This document shows, in pieces, positions 1 to 38,000 of a stretch of DNA of 64,000 nt. Source of the stretch: Macrostomum lignano (lineage: Eukaryota). The stretch is taken from positions 1-64,000 of the forward strand of contig NIVC01003174.1 in NCBI GenBank assembly GCA_002269645.1, in the 5' to 3' direction. The notes beneath the pieces are model-generated. The model saw only the letters and a program-made list of their open reading frames with translations, ran no database searches and was not told the origin of the DNA. A program made the translations under genes and the position numbers. The stretch's first letter is position 1. Each line of letters opens with the position of its first letter.

Positions 1-270
1 CATCTTAAACATAATGACATATTAGCATCTTGACTTTGTAGCATGAATCCTGACGTCCTGGCGTCCGATATTACAACCGATATGAAATTCCGATATATTT
101 GCAGCCTAGCGGACATACTGATATTCTGACATTTTGACAAAATATCGGCACTATGCTTGACTCTCAACATTCCTGGTTTCAGCACCATGACGTCCTGACA
201 GTATGACAACTTAAAGCTTTGAAATTTCGACATGTCGAAGTTCTGACATTCAGACATCGCAAATTCTTAC

Positions 271-11379
<11,109 letters not shown>

Positions 11380-11774
11380 GCTGCCGCAGAGCTGAGACTA
11401 GTGAGTATAGACTGGGCTGCTCGAGCGACAGCTCAGAGAGTCTTCGATGCTCAGTTGATTTTGAGAGATTTATCACCTGCTAATAACTGTTCGCGACTTC
11501 TGATTGGGCGATTGGGTGAACAGGCTTTTCAGGTCCATCCGCTATGCTAAAAGTGGTTTTACCCATCTATCCATCAATCCGTGTGTGGTTGATAATTACT
11601 TCTACTCAAAATGACTTGATAAGTGCTTCAATTCCTGTCTTCGATTCGATGAAAGCCAGCCTAGATGTGAACAGACTGAACCTGGATTTGAATTTTATTA
11701 GTGTAAGTTTTTTAGAAAGATTTTTTTAAAGTGAAGAAAGACTCAACGTAAAAAGAAAAGAATCAAAGAAGCGT

Positions 11775-13487
11775 CATGTAAACCATAAAAAAGCGTCATG
11801 TCAACCATAAAAGAAGTGTCATGTCAACCATAAAAGAAGTGTCATGTCAAACATAGAAGAAGTGTCATGTCAACCATAAAAGAAGTGTCATGTCAAACAT
11901 AAAAGAAGTGTCATGTCAACCATAAAAGAAGTGTCATGTCAAACATAAAAGAAGTGTCATGTCAACCATAAAAGAAGTGTCATGTCAAACATAAAAGAAG
12001 TGTCATGTCAAACATAAAAGAAGTGTCATGTCAAACATAAAGTAAGTGTCATGTCAACCATAAAAGAAGTGTCATGTCAACCATAAAAGAAGTGTCATGT
12101 CAAACATAAAAGAAGTGCCATGTCAAACATAAAGTAAGTGTCATGTCAACCATAAAAGAAGTGTCATGTCAAACATAAAAGATGCTTCATGTCAAACATA
12201 AAAGAAGTGTCATGTCAAACATAAAAGAAGTGTCATGTCAAACATAAAAGAAGTGTCATGTCAAACATAAAAGATGCGTCATGTCAAACATAAAAGAAGC
12301 GTCATGTCAAACATAAAAGAAGTGTCATGTCAAACATAAAAGAAGTGTCATGTCAAACATAAAAGAAGTGTCATGTCAAACATAAAAGAAGCGTCATGTC
12401 AAACATAAAATAAGTGTCATGTCAAACATAAAAGAAGTGTCATGTCAAACATAAAAGAAGTGTCATGTCAAACATAAAAGAAGTGTCATGTCAAGCATAA
12501 AAGAAGTGGCATGTCAAACATAAAAGAAGTGTCATGTCAAACATAAAAGAAGTGTCATGTCAAACATAAAAGATGCTTCATGTCAAACATAAAAGAAGTG
12601 CCATGTGAACCATAAAAAGTGTCATGTCAAACATAAAAGAAGTGTCATGTCAAACATAAAAGAAGTGTCATGTCAAACATAAAATATGCGTCATGTGAAC
12701 CATAAAAGAAGTGTCATGTCAAGCATAAAAGAAGTGTCATGTCAAACATAAAAGAAGTGTCATGTCAAGCATAAAAGAAGTGTCATGTCAACCATAAAAG
12801 AAGTGTCATGTCAAACATAAAATATGCGTCATGTGAACCATAAAAGAAGTGTCATGTCAAACATAAAAGAAGTGTCATGTCAAACATAAAAGAAGTGTCA
12901 TGTCAACCATAAAAGAAGTGTCATGTCAAACATAAAAGATGCTTCATGTCAAACATAAAAGAAGTGCCATGTGAACCATAAAAAGTGTCATGTCAACCAT
13001 AAAAGAAGTGTCATGTCAAGCATAAAAGAAGTGTCATGTCAAACATAAAAGAAGTGTCATGTCAACCATAAAAGAAGTGTCATGTCAAACATAAAAGAAG
13101 TGTCATGTCAAACATAAAAGAAGTGTCATGTCAAACATAAAAGAAGTGTCATGTCAACCATAAAAAGTGTCATGTCAAACATAAAAGATGCGTCATGTCA
13201 AACATAAAAGATGTGTCATGTCAAACATAAAAGATGCGTCATGTGAACCATAAAAAGTGTCATGTCAAGCATAAAAGAAGTGTCATGTCAAACATAAAAG
13301 AAGTGTCATGTCAACCATAAAAGAAGTGTCATGTCAACCATAAAAAGTGTCATGTCAAACATAAAAGATGCGTCATGTCAACCATAAAAAGTGTCATGTC
13401 AAACATAAAAGATGCGTCATGTCAACCATAAAAAGTGTCATGTCAAACATAAAAGATGCGTCATGTCAACCATAAAAAGTGTCATGT
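11775..13487. repeat. 23-bp satellite GTCATGTCAAACATAAAAGAAGT (~74 units) upstream of copy A
   Basis: Directly visible tandem repeat. Confidence 0.95.
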
Positions 13488-13488
13488 C

Positions 13489-14545
13489 TGATACAATGCA
13501 GTAAATTTAGAATGCGCATTATGAGACCGTTCTTCCCGGTTCGAGAACCAAACCCGGTGCTACCTGCAGGTACTCAAAATATAATAGAGTGAGGAAATTT
13601 ACGCATACACATGACTGGATGAGCTAATTAGTCGTTTCTCTTTTCTAAACATTCCCCTCTTTCTGACAAAAGCAGCAATATCGCAGCGGTGACTAACAGA
13701 AAATTAAATACAGTAACAAGCTCAGCGCTCCACCAGCAAGAAAGACACAAAAAACACGCAAGCAAAAATGCATAACGAAGCAGAATCTCTTGTTTGCAAA
13801 ACAGACTGCTGTTAAACAACTGCCATATTCGAACAATTCATCTGTCGTCAAAGAGAAGCGTGACTGCAAAGCACTAAAAATAGCTGCGAGGAGCAAACAG
13901 CTCGCCCTCAGCGATAAAATCACAGCGAGAAACAATCGGACCGTTAAGAGGCGTTAACGGTGTTCCTTTTATCGGGGTTGGCTGTCTGGTATGTCGTTGG
14001 GCGCGAGGTAAAAAGCGCCTCTGCTCCGGCTGAATGCAACTCCTCATTGTCAGCATCCGCGTTGCCGAGGATCACTCAGTGCCTGCACGGATCATTGCCT
14101 CCTGCGCTCCACCACTAAACAGAGCACAGCTCTTTGAAGAGATCGTTTTAAATTTTGAGCCAGCACTGATGGCATCATTCAAGCAGGCTCCATTGCAGTG
14201 CGTTGAAGCATCTTAGACTATGCGCGACTTTGTGGTGTCGTAGCCGGCTCGAACCACTGCGAAGTGCGACAGGTACGAGCTACCTCCAACCCGCCACTGG
14301 CACAGTGCCTTCGACTTCTTCTATGTAGCCTTTAACCACATGTCCGTCAAGCACCTCCTGGTACGCATTCGCCAGGCCTGGATCCTTTTCCACAGCTCAT
14401 TCCGATCCACGCTTGCAAGCACCGCTTAAGTATCAGTCCCTAGGCAGCTAAAACACAGTCACTTCTGTTTTACAGCTTCCCACCTGGCCTGAGGGTCCAT
14501 TCTTAGACATTTCTGACACCTCCATACTCCATGCTGCTCATTGCT
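13489..14545 (-). mobile_element. Degenerate BEL/Pao LTR retrotransposon remnant (gag Cys-His piece fused to RT N-terminus, putative LTR end)
   Basis: Minus-strand translation gives RWEAVKQK*LCFSCL (gag), AYQEVLDGHVVKGYIEEV and YLSHFAVVRAGYDTTKSRIV*DASTHCNGACLNDAISAG (BEL RT motifs), with stops and frameshifts. The edge ends in CA on the minus strand at 13489. Confidence 0.7.
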
Positions 14546-14554
14546 CCTACACAC

Positions 14555-14880
14555 AGCACCCTCCCACAGCCAACCCCCTCCCACACAAAACCCTCCCATG
14601 TGCCAACTCCACACACACACACACAACACCCTCCCACAGCCAACCCCCTCCCACACAAAACCCTCCCATGTGCCAACTCCACACACACACACACACAACA
14701 CCCTCCCACAGCCAACCCCCTCCCACACAAAACCCTCCCATGTGCCAACTCCACACACACACACACAACACCCTCCCACAGCCAACCCCCTCCCACACAA
14801 AACCCTCCCATGTGCCAACTCCACACACACACACACACAACACCCTCCCACAGCCAACCCCCTCCCACTACCAACACACC
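14555..14880. repeat. ~59-bp CA-rich minisatellite in the spacer
   Basis: About 5 copies of ACAACACCCTCCCACAGCCAACCCCCTCCCACACAAAACCCTCCCATGTGCCAACTCCACAC-like units; fewer copies at 31540-31725. Confidence 0.85.
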
Positions 14881-15256
14881 CCTCCTACCCACACAACACT
14901 TTCCCAGGCCCAACCCCACGCACCACCCCTTTTCTCTTTCGACCATTTTAACAAGAACAAAGTCAAAACTCAAAATTGGCTTGGTTATATTTCTCAATAA
15001 GTGGCTCCTGCATCAGAGAGCGTCCACAGGGATAAAGTTTTGCTTTCGTCGTTTTGCTATACTTTTTTCTTTGTCAAGAACAAGCCACGGGCAGTTAGGG
15101 GTAGGGAGGCTTTCGCCAAATTCAGTGGCTTATTAATATTGGTAGCCTCTGGCTTATTAATATTGGTAGCCTCTGGCTTAATCAAGTAGGCATGTTCTGA
15201 TCAATCAGAAAATCCGGTTCGGAATTGAAACCTCCAAGAAGCGAGTTCGCAGGGAG

Positions 15257-27201
<11,945 letters not shown>

Positions 27202-27594
27202 GCTGCCGCAGAGCTGAGACTAGTGAGTATAGACTGGGCTGCTCGAGCGACAGCTCAGAGAGTCTTCAATGCTCAGTTGATTTTGAGAGATTTATCACCT
27301 GCTAATAACTGTTCGCGACTTCTGATTGGGCAATTGGGTGAACAGGCTTTTCAGGTCCATCCGCTATGCTAAAAGTGGTTTTAACTATCTATCCATCAAT
27401 CCGTGTGTGATTGATAATTACTTCTACTCAAAATGACTTGATAAGTGCTTCAATTCCTGTCTTCGATTCGATGAAAGCTAGCCTAGATGTGAACAGACTG
27501 AACCTGGATTTGAATTTTATTAGTGTAAGTTTTTTAGAAAGATTTTTTTAAAGTGAAGAAAGACTCAACGTAAAAAGAAAAGAATCAAAGAAGC

Positions 27595-30476
27595 GTCATG
27601 TAAACCATAAAAAAGCGTCATGTCAACCATAAAAGAAGTGTCATGTCAACCATAAAAGAAGTGTCATGTCAAACATAAAAGAAGCGTCATGTAAACCATA
27701 AAAAAGCGTCATGTCAACCATAAAAGAAGTGTCATGTCAAACATAGAAGAAGTGTCATGTCAACCATAAAAGAAGTGACATGTCAAACATAAAAGAAGTG
27801 TCATGTCAAACATAAAAGAAGTGTCATGTCAAACATAAAAGATGCGTCATGTCAAACATAAAAGAAGTGTCATGTCAAACATAAAAGAAGTGTCATGTCA
27901 AACATAAAAGAAGTGTCATGTCAAACATAAAAGAAGTGTCATGTCAAACATAAAAGAAGTGTCATGTCAAACATAAAAGAAGTGTCATGTCAAACATAAA
28001 AGAAGTGTCATGTCAAACATAAAAGAAGTGTCATGTCAAACATAAAAGAAGCGTCATGTCAAACATAAAAGAAGTGTCATGTCAAACATAAAAGAAGTGT
28101 CATGTCAAACATAAAAGAAGTGTCATGTCAAACATAAAAGAAGTGTCATGTCAAACATAAAAGAAGTGTCATGTCAAACATAAAAGAAGTGTCATGTCAA
28201 ACATAAAAGAAGTGTCATGTCAAACATAAAAGAAGTGTCATGTCAAACATAAAAGAAGTGCCATGTGAAACATAAAAGAAGTGTCATGTCAAACATAAAA
28301 GAAGTGTCATGTCAAACATAAAAGAAGTGTCATGTCAAACATAAAAGAAGTGTCATGTCAAACATAAAAGAAGTTTCATGTCAAACATAAAAGATGCTTC
28401 ATGTCAAACATAAAAGAAGTGTCTTGTCAAACATAAAAGAAGTGTCATGTCAACCATAAAAGAAGCGTCATGTCAAACATAAAAGAAGTGTCATGTCAAA
28501 CATAAAAGAAGTGTCATGTCAAACATAAAAGAAGTGTCATGTCAAACATAAAAGAAGTGTCATGTCAAACATAAAAGAAGTGTCATGTCAAACATAAAAG
28601 AAGTGTCATGTCAAACATAAAAGAAGTGTCATGTCAAACATAAAAGAAGTGCCATGTGAAACATAAAAGAAGTGTCATGTCAAACATAAAAGAAGTGTCA
28701 TGTCAAACATAAAAGAAGTGTCATGTCAAACATAAAAGAAGTGTCATGCCAAACATAAAAGATGCTTCATGTCAAACATAAAAGAAGTGTCATGTCAAAC
28801 ATAAAAGAAGCGTCATGTCAAACATAAAAGATGCGTCATGTCAAACATAAATGAAGTGTCATGTCAAACATAAAAGATGCGTCATGTCAAACATAAATGA
28901 AGTGTCATGTCAAACATAAAAGAAGTGCCATGTCAAACATAAAAGAAGTGTCATGTCAAACATAAAAGAAGTGCCATGTCAACCATAAAAGAAGTGTCAT
29001 GTCAAACATAAAAGAAGTGTCATGTCAAACATAAAAGAAGTGTCATGTCAAACATAAAAGAAGTTTCATGTCAAACATAAAAGATGCTTCATGTCAAACA
29101 TAAAAGAAGTGTCTTGTCAAACATAAAAGAAGTGTCATGTCAACCATAAAAGAAGCGTCATGTCAAACATAAAAGATGCGTCATGTCAAACATAAAAGAA
29201 GTGACATGTCAAACATAAAAGAAGTGTCATGTCAAACATAAAAGAAGTGTCATGTCAAACATAAAAGAAGTGACATGTCAAACATAAAAGAAGTGTCATG
29301 TCAAACATAAAAGAAGTGTCATGTCAAACATAAAAGATGCTTCATGTCAAACATAAAAGAAGTGTCTTGTCAAACATAAAAGAAGTGACATGTCAACCAT
29401 AAAAGAAGCGTCATGTCAAACATAAAAGATGCTTCATGTCAAACATAAAAGAAGTGACATGTCAAACATAAAAGAAGTGTCATGTCAAACATAAAAGAAG
29501 TGTCATGTCAAACATAAAAGAAGTGTCATGTCAAACATAAAAGAAGTGTCATGTCAAACATAAAAGAAGTGTCATGTCAACCATAAAAGAAGTGTCATGT
29601 CAACCATAAAAGAAGTGTCATGTCAAACATAAAAGAAGTGTCATGTCAAACATAAAAGAAGTGTCATGTCAAACATAAAAGAAGTGTCATGTCAAACATA
29701 AAAGATGCGTCATGTCAAACATAAAAGAAGTTTCATGTCAAACATAAAAGATGCGTCATGTCAAACATAAAAAGTGTCATGTCAAACATAAAAGAAGTGT
29801 CATGTCAACCATAAAAGAAGTGTCATGTCAAACATAAAAGAAGTGTCATGTCAAACATAAAAGAAGTGTCATGTCAAACATAAAAGAAGTGTCATGTCAA
29901 ACATAAAAGATGCGTCATGTCAAACATAAAAGAAGTGTCATGTCAAACATAAAAGATGCTTCATGTCAAACATAAAAGAAGTGCCATGTGAACCATAAAA
30001 AGTGTCATGTCAAACATAAAAGAAGCGTCATGTCAAACATAAAAAGTGTCATGTCAAACATAAAAGATGCGTCATGTCAAACATAAAAGAAGTGCCATGT
30101 GAACCATAAAAAGTGTCATGTCAAACATAAAAGAAGCGTCATGTCAAACATAAAAAGTGTCATGTCAAACATAAAAGAAGTGCCATGTGAACCATAAAAA
30201 GTGTCATGTCAAACATAAAAGATGCGTCATGTGAACCATAAAAAGTGTCATGTCAAACATAAAAGAAGTGCCATGTGAACCATAAAAAGTGTCATGTCAA
30301 ACATAAAAGATGCGTCATGTCAACCATAAAAAGTGTCATGTCAAACATAAAAGATGCGTCATGTCAACCATAAAAAGTGTCATGTCAAACATAAAAGATG
30401 CGTCATGTCAACCATAAAAAGTGTCATGTCAAACATAAAAGATGCGTCATGTCAACCATAAAAAGTGTCATGTCTG
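27595..30476. repeat. 23-bp satellite (~125 units) upstream of copy B
   Basis: Same unit as 11775-13487. Confidence 0.95.
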
Positions 30477-30477
30477 A

Positions 30478-31535
30478 TACAATGCAGTAAATTTAGAATG
30501 CGCATTATGAGACCGTTCTTCCCGGTTACGAGAACCAAACCCGGTGCTACCTGCAGGTACTCAAAATATAATAGAGTGAGGAAATTTACGCATACACATG
30601 ACTGGATGAGCTAATTAGTCGTTTCTCTTTTCTAAACATTCCCCTCTTTCTGACAAAAGCAGCAATATCGCAGCGGTGACTAACAGAAAATTAAATACAG
30701 TAACAAGCTCAGCGCTCCACCAGCAAGAAAGACACAAAAAACACGCAAGCAAAAATGCATAACGAAGCAGAATCTCTTGGTTTGCAAAACAGACTGCTGT
30801 TAAACAACTGCCATATTCGAACAATTCATCTGTCGTCAAAGAGAAGCGTGACTGCAAAGCACTAAAAATAGCTGCGAGGAGCAAACAGCTCGCCCTCAGC
30901 GATAAAATCACAGCGAGAAACAATCGGACCGTTAAGAGGCGTTAACGGTGTTCCTTTTATCGGGGTTGGCTGTCTGGTATGTCGTTGGGCGCGAGGTAAA
31001 AAGCGCCTCTGCTCCGGCTGAATGCAACTCCTCATTGTCAGCATCCGCGTTGCCGAGGATCACTCAGTGCCTGCACGGATCATTGCCTCCTGCGCTCCAC
31101 CACTAAACAGAGCACAGCTCTTTGAAGAGATCGTTTTAAATTTTGAGCCAGCACTGATGGCATCATTCAAGCAGGCTCCATTGCAGTGCGTTGAAGCATC
31201 TTAGACTATGCGCGACTTTGTGGTGTCGTAGCCGGCTCGAACCACTGCGAAGTGCGACAGGTACGAGCTACCTCCAACCCGCCACTGGCACAGTGCCTTC
31301 GACTTCTTCTATGTAGCCTTTAACCACATGTCCGTCAAGCACCTCCTGGTACGCATTCGCCAGGCCTGGATCCTTTTCCACAGCTCATTCCGATCCACGC
31401 TTGCAAGCACCGCTTAAGTATCAGTCCCTAGGCAGCTAAAACACAGTCACTTCTGTTTTACAGCTTCCCACCTGGCCTGAGGGTCCATTCTTAGACATTT
31501 CTGACACCTCCATACTCCATGCTGCTCATTGCTCC
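30478..31535 (-). mobile_element. BEL/Pao remnant, duplicate of 13489-14545
   Basis: Almost identical to the first spacer copy. Confidence 0.7.
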
Positions 31536-32098
31536 TACACACAGCACCCTCCCACAGCCAACCCCCTCCCACACAAAACCCTCCCATGTGCCAACTCCAC
31601 ACACACACACACAACACCCTCCCACAGCCAACCCCCTCCCACACAAAACCCTCCCATGTGCCAACTCCACACACACACACAACACCCTCCCACTGCCAAC
31701 CCCCTCCCACTACCAACACACCCCTCCTACCCACACAACACTTTCCCAGGCCCAACCCCACGCACCACCCCTTTTCTCTTTCGACCATTTTAACAAGAAC
31801 AAAGTCAAAACTCAAAATTGGCTTGGTTATATTTCTCAATAAGTGGCTCCAGCATCAGAGAGCGTCCACAGGGATAAAGTTTTGCTTTCGTCGTTTTGCT
31901 CTACTTTTTTCTTTGTCAAAAACAAGCCACGGGCAGTAGGGGGTAGGGAGGCTTTCGCCAAATTCAGTGGCTTATTAATATTGGTAGCCTCTGGCTTATT
32001 AATATTGGTAGCCTCTGGCTTAATCAAGTAGGCATGTTCTGATCCGTCAGAAAATCCAGTTCGGAATTGAAACGTCCAAAAAGCGAGTTCGCAGGGAG

Positions 32099-35000
32099 TC
32101 ACATTTCAAGAGACTCATTTCTAGCCGTGTTGACTCGCCCAGTCCCGTTGGGGTCATTGTTGCACACCGTCCTCAGCACCGTGTTGGCGTCGGCGACTCT
32201 GACGCGTCGGTCTTTGAGGATGGTCAGCACCTGGAATTCGATTTAGTCCGGATGTCCGATGGGGCTGCGAAGCGCCTGAGATTCGCAATATCTCGTAAGC
32301 TAAGCCTCCAGCCTAGACCTCATCAGAAAGTAATACAAATTTGGGTAAGTAGCGCTGGTAACTCGAAAACAAAATTGCTAACTTGCACTAATTACCAAAA
32401 CTTGCAGTCCGCTCTAGAGCCCACACCCCAGCCCACAGCCCACACCCCAGCCCACACTCCAGCCCACACTCTAGCCCACACTCCAGCCCACACTCCAACC
32501 CACACTCCAGCCCACACTCCAACCCACACTCCAACCCACACTCCAACCCACACTCAAGCCCACACCCGAACCCACACTCAAGCGCACACCCCAACCCACA
32601 CTCAAGCCCATACCCCAGCCCACACCTCAGCCCACACCCCAGCCCACACCCCACACTCCAGCACACATCCCAGCCCACACCGAACCCACACTCCAGCCCA
32701 CACCCTAACCCACACTCCAGCCCACACCCCACCTCAGACCCTGACCACCGACCTTCCCGCCAAACACCAGCAGCACGGTGGTGGCTGAGCAGATGTTGAT
32801 GCAGCAAGTCAGCAGCACGAGTCGCAGGTCCACCGAGCCGATGGGCAGCGCAAACTCCAGCACCACGCCGATCAGCCCCATCACGGTGGTGTTGTACACG
32901 CAGATTCCGATCACCTTCGAGTCGTTCAGCGCTTCCACGTGAATTGTGCGAGTCTCCCAGGCAAAGAAGATTCCGAACAGAAGGAACACCGCCTTCATGC
33001 CGATGATGAGGCCCTTCCACAGCACCTCGCTGCTGGACTGACACACGACCAGCTTGTGCAGAACCACAGCTCCGTCAGAGATCATGTCCTGCATTGGCAT
33101 GGTACTGCATGTCAGTGGAATGTCAGTGGAATGTCAGAAATCACACTGCACACCCTGTTACCTGCTCAGACAGTCTCTTGTGAATGCAGAGTACAGAATC
33201 ACAGCACACCCTGTTACCTGCTCAGACAGTCTCCTGTGAATGCAGAGTACAGAATCATTGCACAAACTGTCACCTGCTCAGACAGTCTCTTGTGAATGCA
33301 GAGTACAGAATCACTGCACACCCTGTTACCTGCTCAGACAGTCTCTTGTGAGTGTAGAGTACAGAATCACTGCACACCCTGTTACCTGCTCAGACAGTCT
33401 CTTGTGAATGCAGAGTACAGAATCACACTGCACACCATGTTACCTGCTCAGACAGTCTCTTGTGAGTGCAGAGTACAGAATCACTGCACACCCTGTTCCC
33501 TGCTCAGACAGTCTCTTGTGAATGCAGAGTACAGAATCACAGCACACCCTGTTACCTGCTCAGACAGTCTCTTGTGAATGCAGAGTACAGAATCACTGCA
33601 CACCCTGTTACCTGCTCAGACAGTCTCTTGTGAATGCAGAGTACAGAATCACAGCACACCCTGTTACCTGCTCAGACAGTCTCTTGTGAATGCAGAGTAC
33701 AGAATCACAGCACACCCTGTTACCTGCTCAGACAGTCTCTTGTGAGTGTAGAGTACAGAATCACTGCACAACCTGTTACCTGCTCAGACAGTCTCTTGTG
33801 AATGCAGAGTACAGAATCACACTGCACACCCTGTTACCTGCTCAGACAGTCTCTTGTGAGTGCAGAGTACAGAATCACTGCACACCCTGTTACCTGCTCA
33901 GACAGTCTCTTGTGAATGCAGAGTACAGAATCACTGCACACCCTGTTACCTGCTCAGACAGTCTCTTGTGAATGCAGAGTACAGAATCACTGCACACCCT
34001 GTTACCTGCTCAGACAGTCTCTTGTGAATGCAGAGTACAGAATCACTGCACACCCTGTTACCTGCTCAGACAGTCTCTTGTGAATGCAGAGTACAGAATC
34101 ACACTGCACACCCTGTTACCTGCTCAGACAGTCTTTTGTGAATGCAGAGTATAGAATCACTGCACACCATGTTACCTGCTCAGACAGTCTCTTGACAGCC
34201 AAGGCTGGTGAATCCAGGAGTCCGAGAGCCAACAGCAGTCCAGCATCCATCAGCAGAATAGCGGCAATCACCATGCAGAGGTTCCAGTCCTTGATGGTCT
34301 GAAATCCGGTAATGCGTGACCAGGCTGGCTCAAGGTCATTCAGGGGACTGACGATACACGAGCACTGCAGTGCAGATGGACTCACAGTCAGCCTCATCTT
34401 GTTGGTGAAGATTCTGTGGACTCGCCACGTCTTTGCCAGAATTCCACCAAAGGCGCACGAGTAGCCAGTGATGAGGCAGAGCAGCTGGGACCAGCACAGT
34501 CCGAGCTGGCTTCCCATGTACGCGTTGAAGGTCATGATGAGGCAGGACGCGTGGCACAGGAGGCAGCCCAGTCTGATGATGGTGTTCACGATGGGGCTGC
34601 TGAGCCGGATGTAGGGCACCTTGCGGAACCACAGGTTCACCGCCATGGCGGCCAGGGTGAGGCAGGCGCCGCAGGCAGACATGCCGCCAGAGACCACGGC
34701 GCTGACGAGGCTGGCGTGGACGAGCTTTGAGAGGATTCTGGGAGAGTCGACTGGAGCCGAGCCGCCTGCGGGACGGGATGGGAGATGCGCTGATGGGGCT
34801 CGGGAGACTGGGCTGATCTGGATTCGGGAGACTGGGCTGATGGTGGTTTCGGAGACTGCACTGATGGGGACTCGGGAGACTACACTGATGGGGACTCGGG
34901 AGACTGGGCTGATGGGGTCTCGGGAGACTGGGCTGATGGGTAACTCGGGAGACTGGGCTGATGGGGACTCGGGAGACTGAGCTGATGGGGTCTCGGGAGA

Positions 35001-38000
35001 CTGGGCTGATGGGTAACTCGGGAGGCTGGGCTGATGAGGTCTCGGGAGACTGAGCTGATGAGGGACTCTGGAGACTGGGCTGATTGGGACTCGGGAGACT
35101 GGGCTGATTGGGACTCGGGAGACTGGGCTGATTGGGACTCGGGAGACTGAGCTGATGAGTGACTCTGGAGACTGGGCTGATGGGGGGGGGGGGAAATTCG
35201 AAAGGGTTAGGGTTAGGGATGGAGTGTTGATGGCCTAGCATTTGAATGGCGTACCCTCGAACCACAGTGGTTTGATCCAGCGACTGTCCCCCGTCTTCGG
35301 TTGATAAGTTGCAACCAAATCTCTTTTGAGACCTAGGGTAGGATGCCACTCGTTGGCAATGTTCGTGCGTATAATTGAAATTTTTAGAGTAAGACTAAAT
35401 TCCATGTCTTACCTCGGATTTGGTAAATAATAACGGTAGGTTCTCTATCGCCCTTCGGATCAAAATTGACGGGACCCTGCAGTTGTTGCTTATTCGTTGT
35501 TATGTATGTTTGTGATGCGGTTAAATGCTATAGTGATTTGCAAAGGAATAACAAAATACTCTTGTACACTATTGCAGTCTTGTACACTATTGCAGTCTTG
35601 TACACTGTACTAGTCTTGTAAACCATAGAAGTCTTGTACATTATAGCCTTCTTGTATACAACAGCAGTCTTGTACACTATAGCAGTCTTGTACACTTTAT
35701 ACACTTGAGAATTCTGGTACAACCTGGTGAAATTGTACCCCTGTTTAAAATGCGATTCATCATCATTCCAAGGAACGAATATTCTTGTTCTTTTCCTTAG
35801 GTATCCTTTAATTTCTACTCTTAGTAGTGGACTGGCGCAGAGAAGCATTTATCTTTATATTGTAGCGCCTTGTTTCCCACTGTCCTTGCGTAATATAGCT
35901 TTTGCAGCCCATTTGGGCTTACGCGCATCGAATTCAATCCAAGATATGTTTGTCAAAGTAATGGAGCTTTTGTCTATGGTAGCAAGGCTGGCACAGCGGC
36001 ATTTAATTTGGCCCAACAAGCATCAATTTGGTCCATTTAGTTCATTTGCAGCTCAGTCCCAGAATTGTGGACCATATGCTAGGCTGTTGAACGAATGTCA
36101 TTGGCTTGTGATCGAAGCACTCGACGGAGGTGAACACCCAAAGGACATTGCAAGGTTGTTGAATGTAAAAGAAAAGGTGGTTTACAGCATCCAGCAGCGC
36201 GTTGAAACTCTGCCGGCAGAGATTGCCTGCGAAAGGGTGGCAATCGCCAAAGAAAGTTGCTCGAGAGCCTCAGGTCCAACTGCTACTCGATGCAGTAGAA
36301 ACGAACCCTTTGTTGACATTTCAGAAAATGCAGCAGAAGTTGAGGGAACAGCTCCAGTTGGTTATCAGATTTCGACCATCAGCAGAGCTCTGGAAAAGCA
36401 ACTGAAAACTTTTGTTAGAGACGCTGACATTCCAGTGGTGCGCAATAACCTGCAGACGGTTGAGAGAAGGCAAGAGTTTGTCCAATGGCTCACGAGTGTT
36501 TGGACCAAATTGATGCTTTTTGGACCAAATTAAATGCTGCTGCGCCAGCCTTGCTACCATAGACAAAAGCTCTGTTACATTGGCAAACGTATCTTGGATT
36601 AATTAAAATGCGCGTAGGCCCAAATGGGCTGCAAAATGCTATATATAATAACTTTCTTTTGATTGCCCACAAGCTAGGTTGTCTATGACCCAAACTCCAA
36701 CTTTCGGTTTCAGCCCCAAACCAACTGTACTTTATTTTTATTAAATAGACGCGATCGCCACCCAGCCGAGGTTTAACCTTTCGCTCAACTTAATCAATCA
36801 TCTTCATCTTTTGGTAGCCAGCGCTACAATATTTAACTTCTCGAATAGCGGCGTGCTTTCTGACATCTGAGCATGAGACGCAGGCGTATTTCAATTAACT
36901 TCGCATTAACGCCTCCGCTTCCCGCCCCTGCTAACTGACTACTGAAGGCAATTTCAAACAAATTTCGCCTGGGCCTGGTGGGCGGATGCGGGCTGCCCAC
37001 CGATGGCCATCCACTTGTCGTCAAGCGGATTCACCAGATGTGGGGTGCTGTTTTCCGTTAAAATATGATAACACACAATTCTGGTTGATTATTGACTGCG
37101 AAGTTGTTTAAATCCTTTTTCGGATTTTCGGATCTCGCAATGAGATTTCAGTCTGCTAGCATGGAACCGCGAGACAAGCAACTCACCGAAAGTCCATGAA
37201 AGTCCAGGCTGCGAACGTTCTCGAAGATTTTATCTTTGAAACTCGAGCATTCGAGGTCGGCAGGCTCGGCAGTGTAATTCTCGCCCTGCTCCAGGGTGGC
37301 GTTGATGGCCAGGGCGGCCGCCGTCACCGCGTCGAAACGCGTGTCGAAGCCGTTGATGCCGTATTGCTGGGGGTTTGCGGTCCAGCTGCCGAACTGGCTG
37401 AGGAAGTCCTCGTAGGTCTCGTCTCTTGTCTGAAATTGTGCGGCCTGCCCTCTGAAGAACTCGCTTGAGATGTCACGACAGTCAGAGATGTCCGATATAT
37501 CTTGACATCGTGACATCTCTGACATCGGGACATCTTGACATCGTGACATCTTGACATCGTGACATCTTGACATCGTGACATCTTGACATCGGGACATCTT
37601 GACATCGGGACGTCTTGACATCGTGACGTCTTGACATCGTTGACGTCTTGACATCGTTGACGTCTTGACATCGGGACATCTCTGACATCGGGACATCTTG
37701 ACATCGTGACGTCTTGACATCGTGACGTCTTGACATCGTGACATCTCTGACATCGGGAAATCTTGACATCGGGACATCTTGACATCGGGACGTCTTGACA
37801 TCGTTGACGTCTTGACATCGTTGACATCTCTGACATCGGGACATCTTGACATCGGGACATCTTGACATCGGGACATCTTGACATCGGGACGTCTTGACAT
37901 CGTGACGTCTTGACATCGTTGACGTCTTGACATCGTTGACGTCTTGACATCGGGACATCTCTGACATCGTGACATCTTGACATCGTGACATCTTGACATC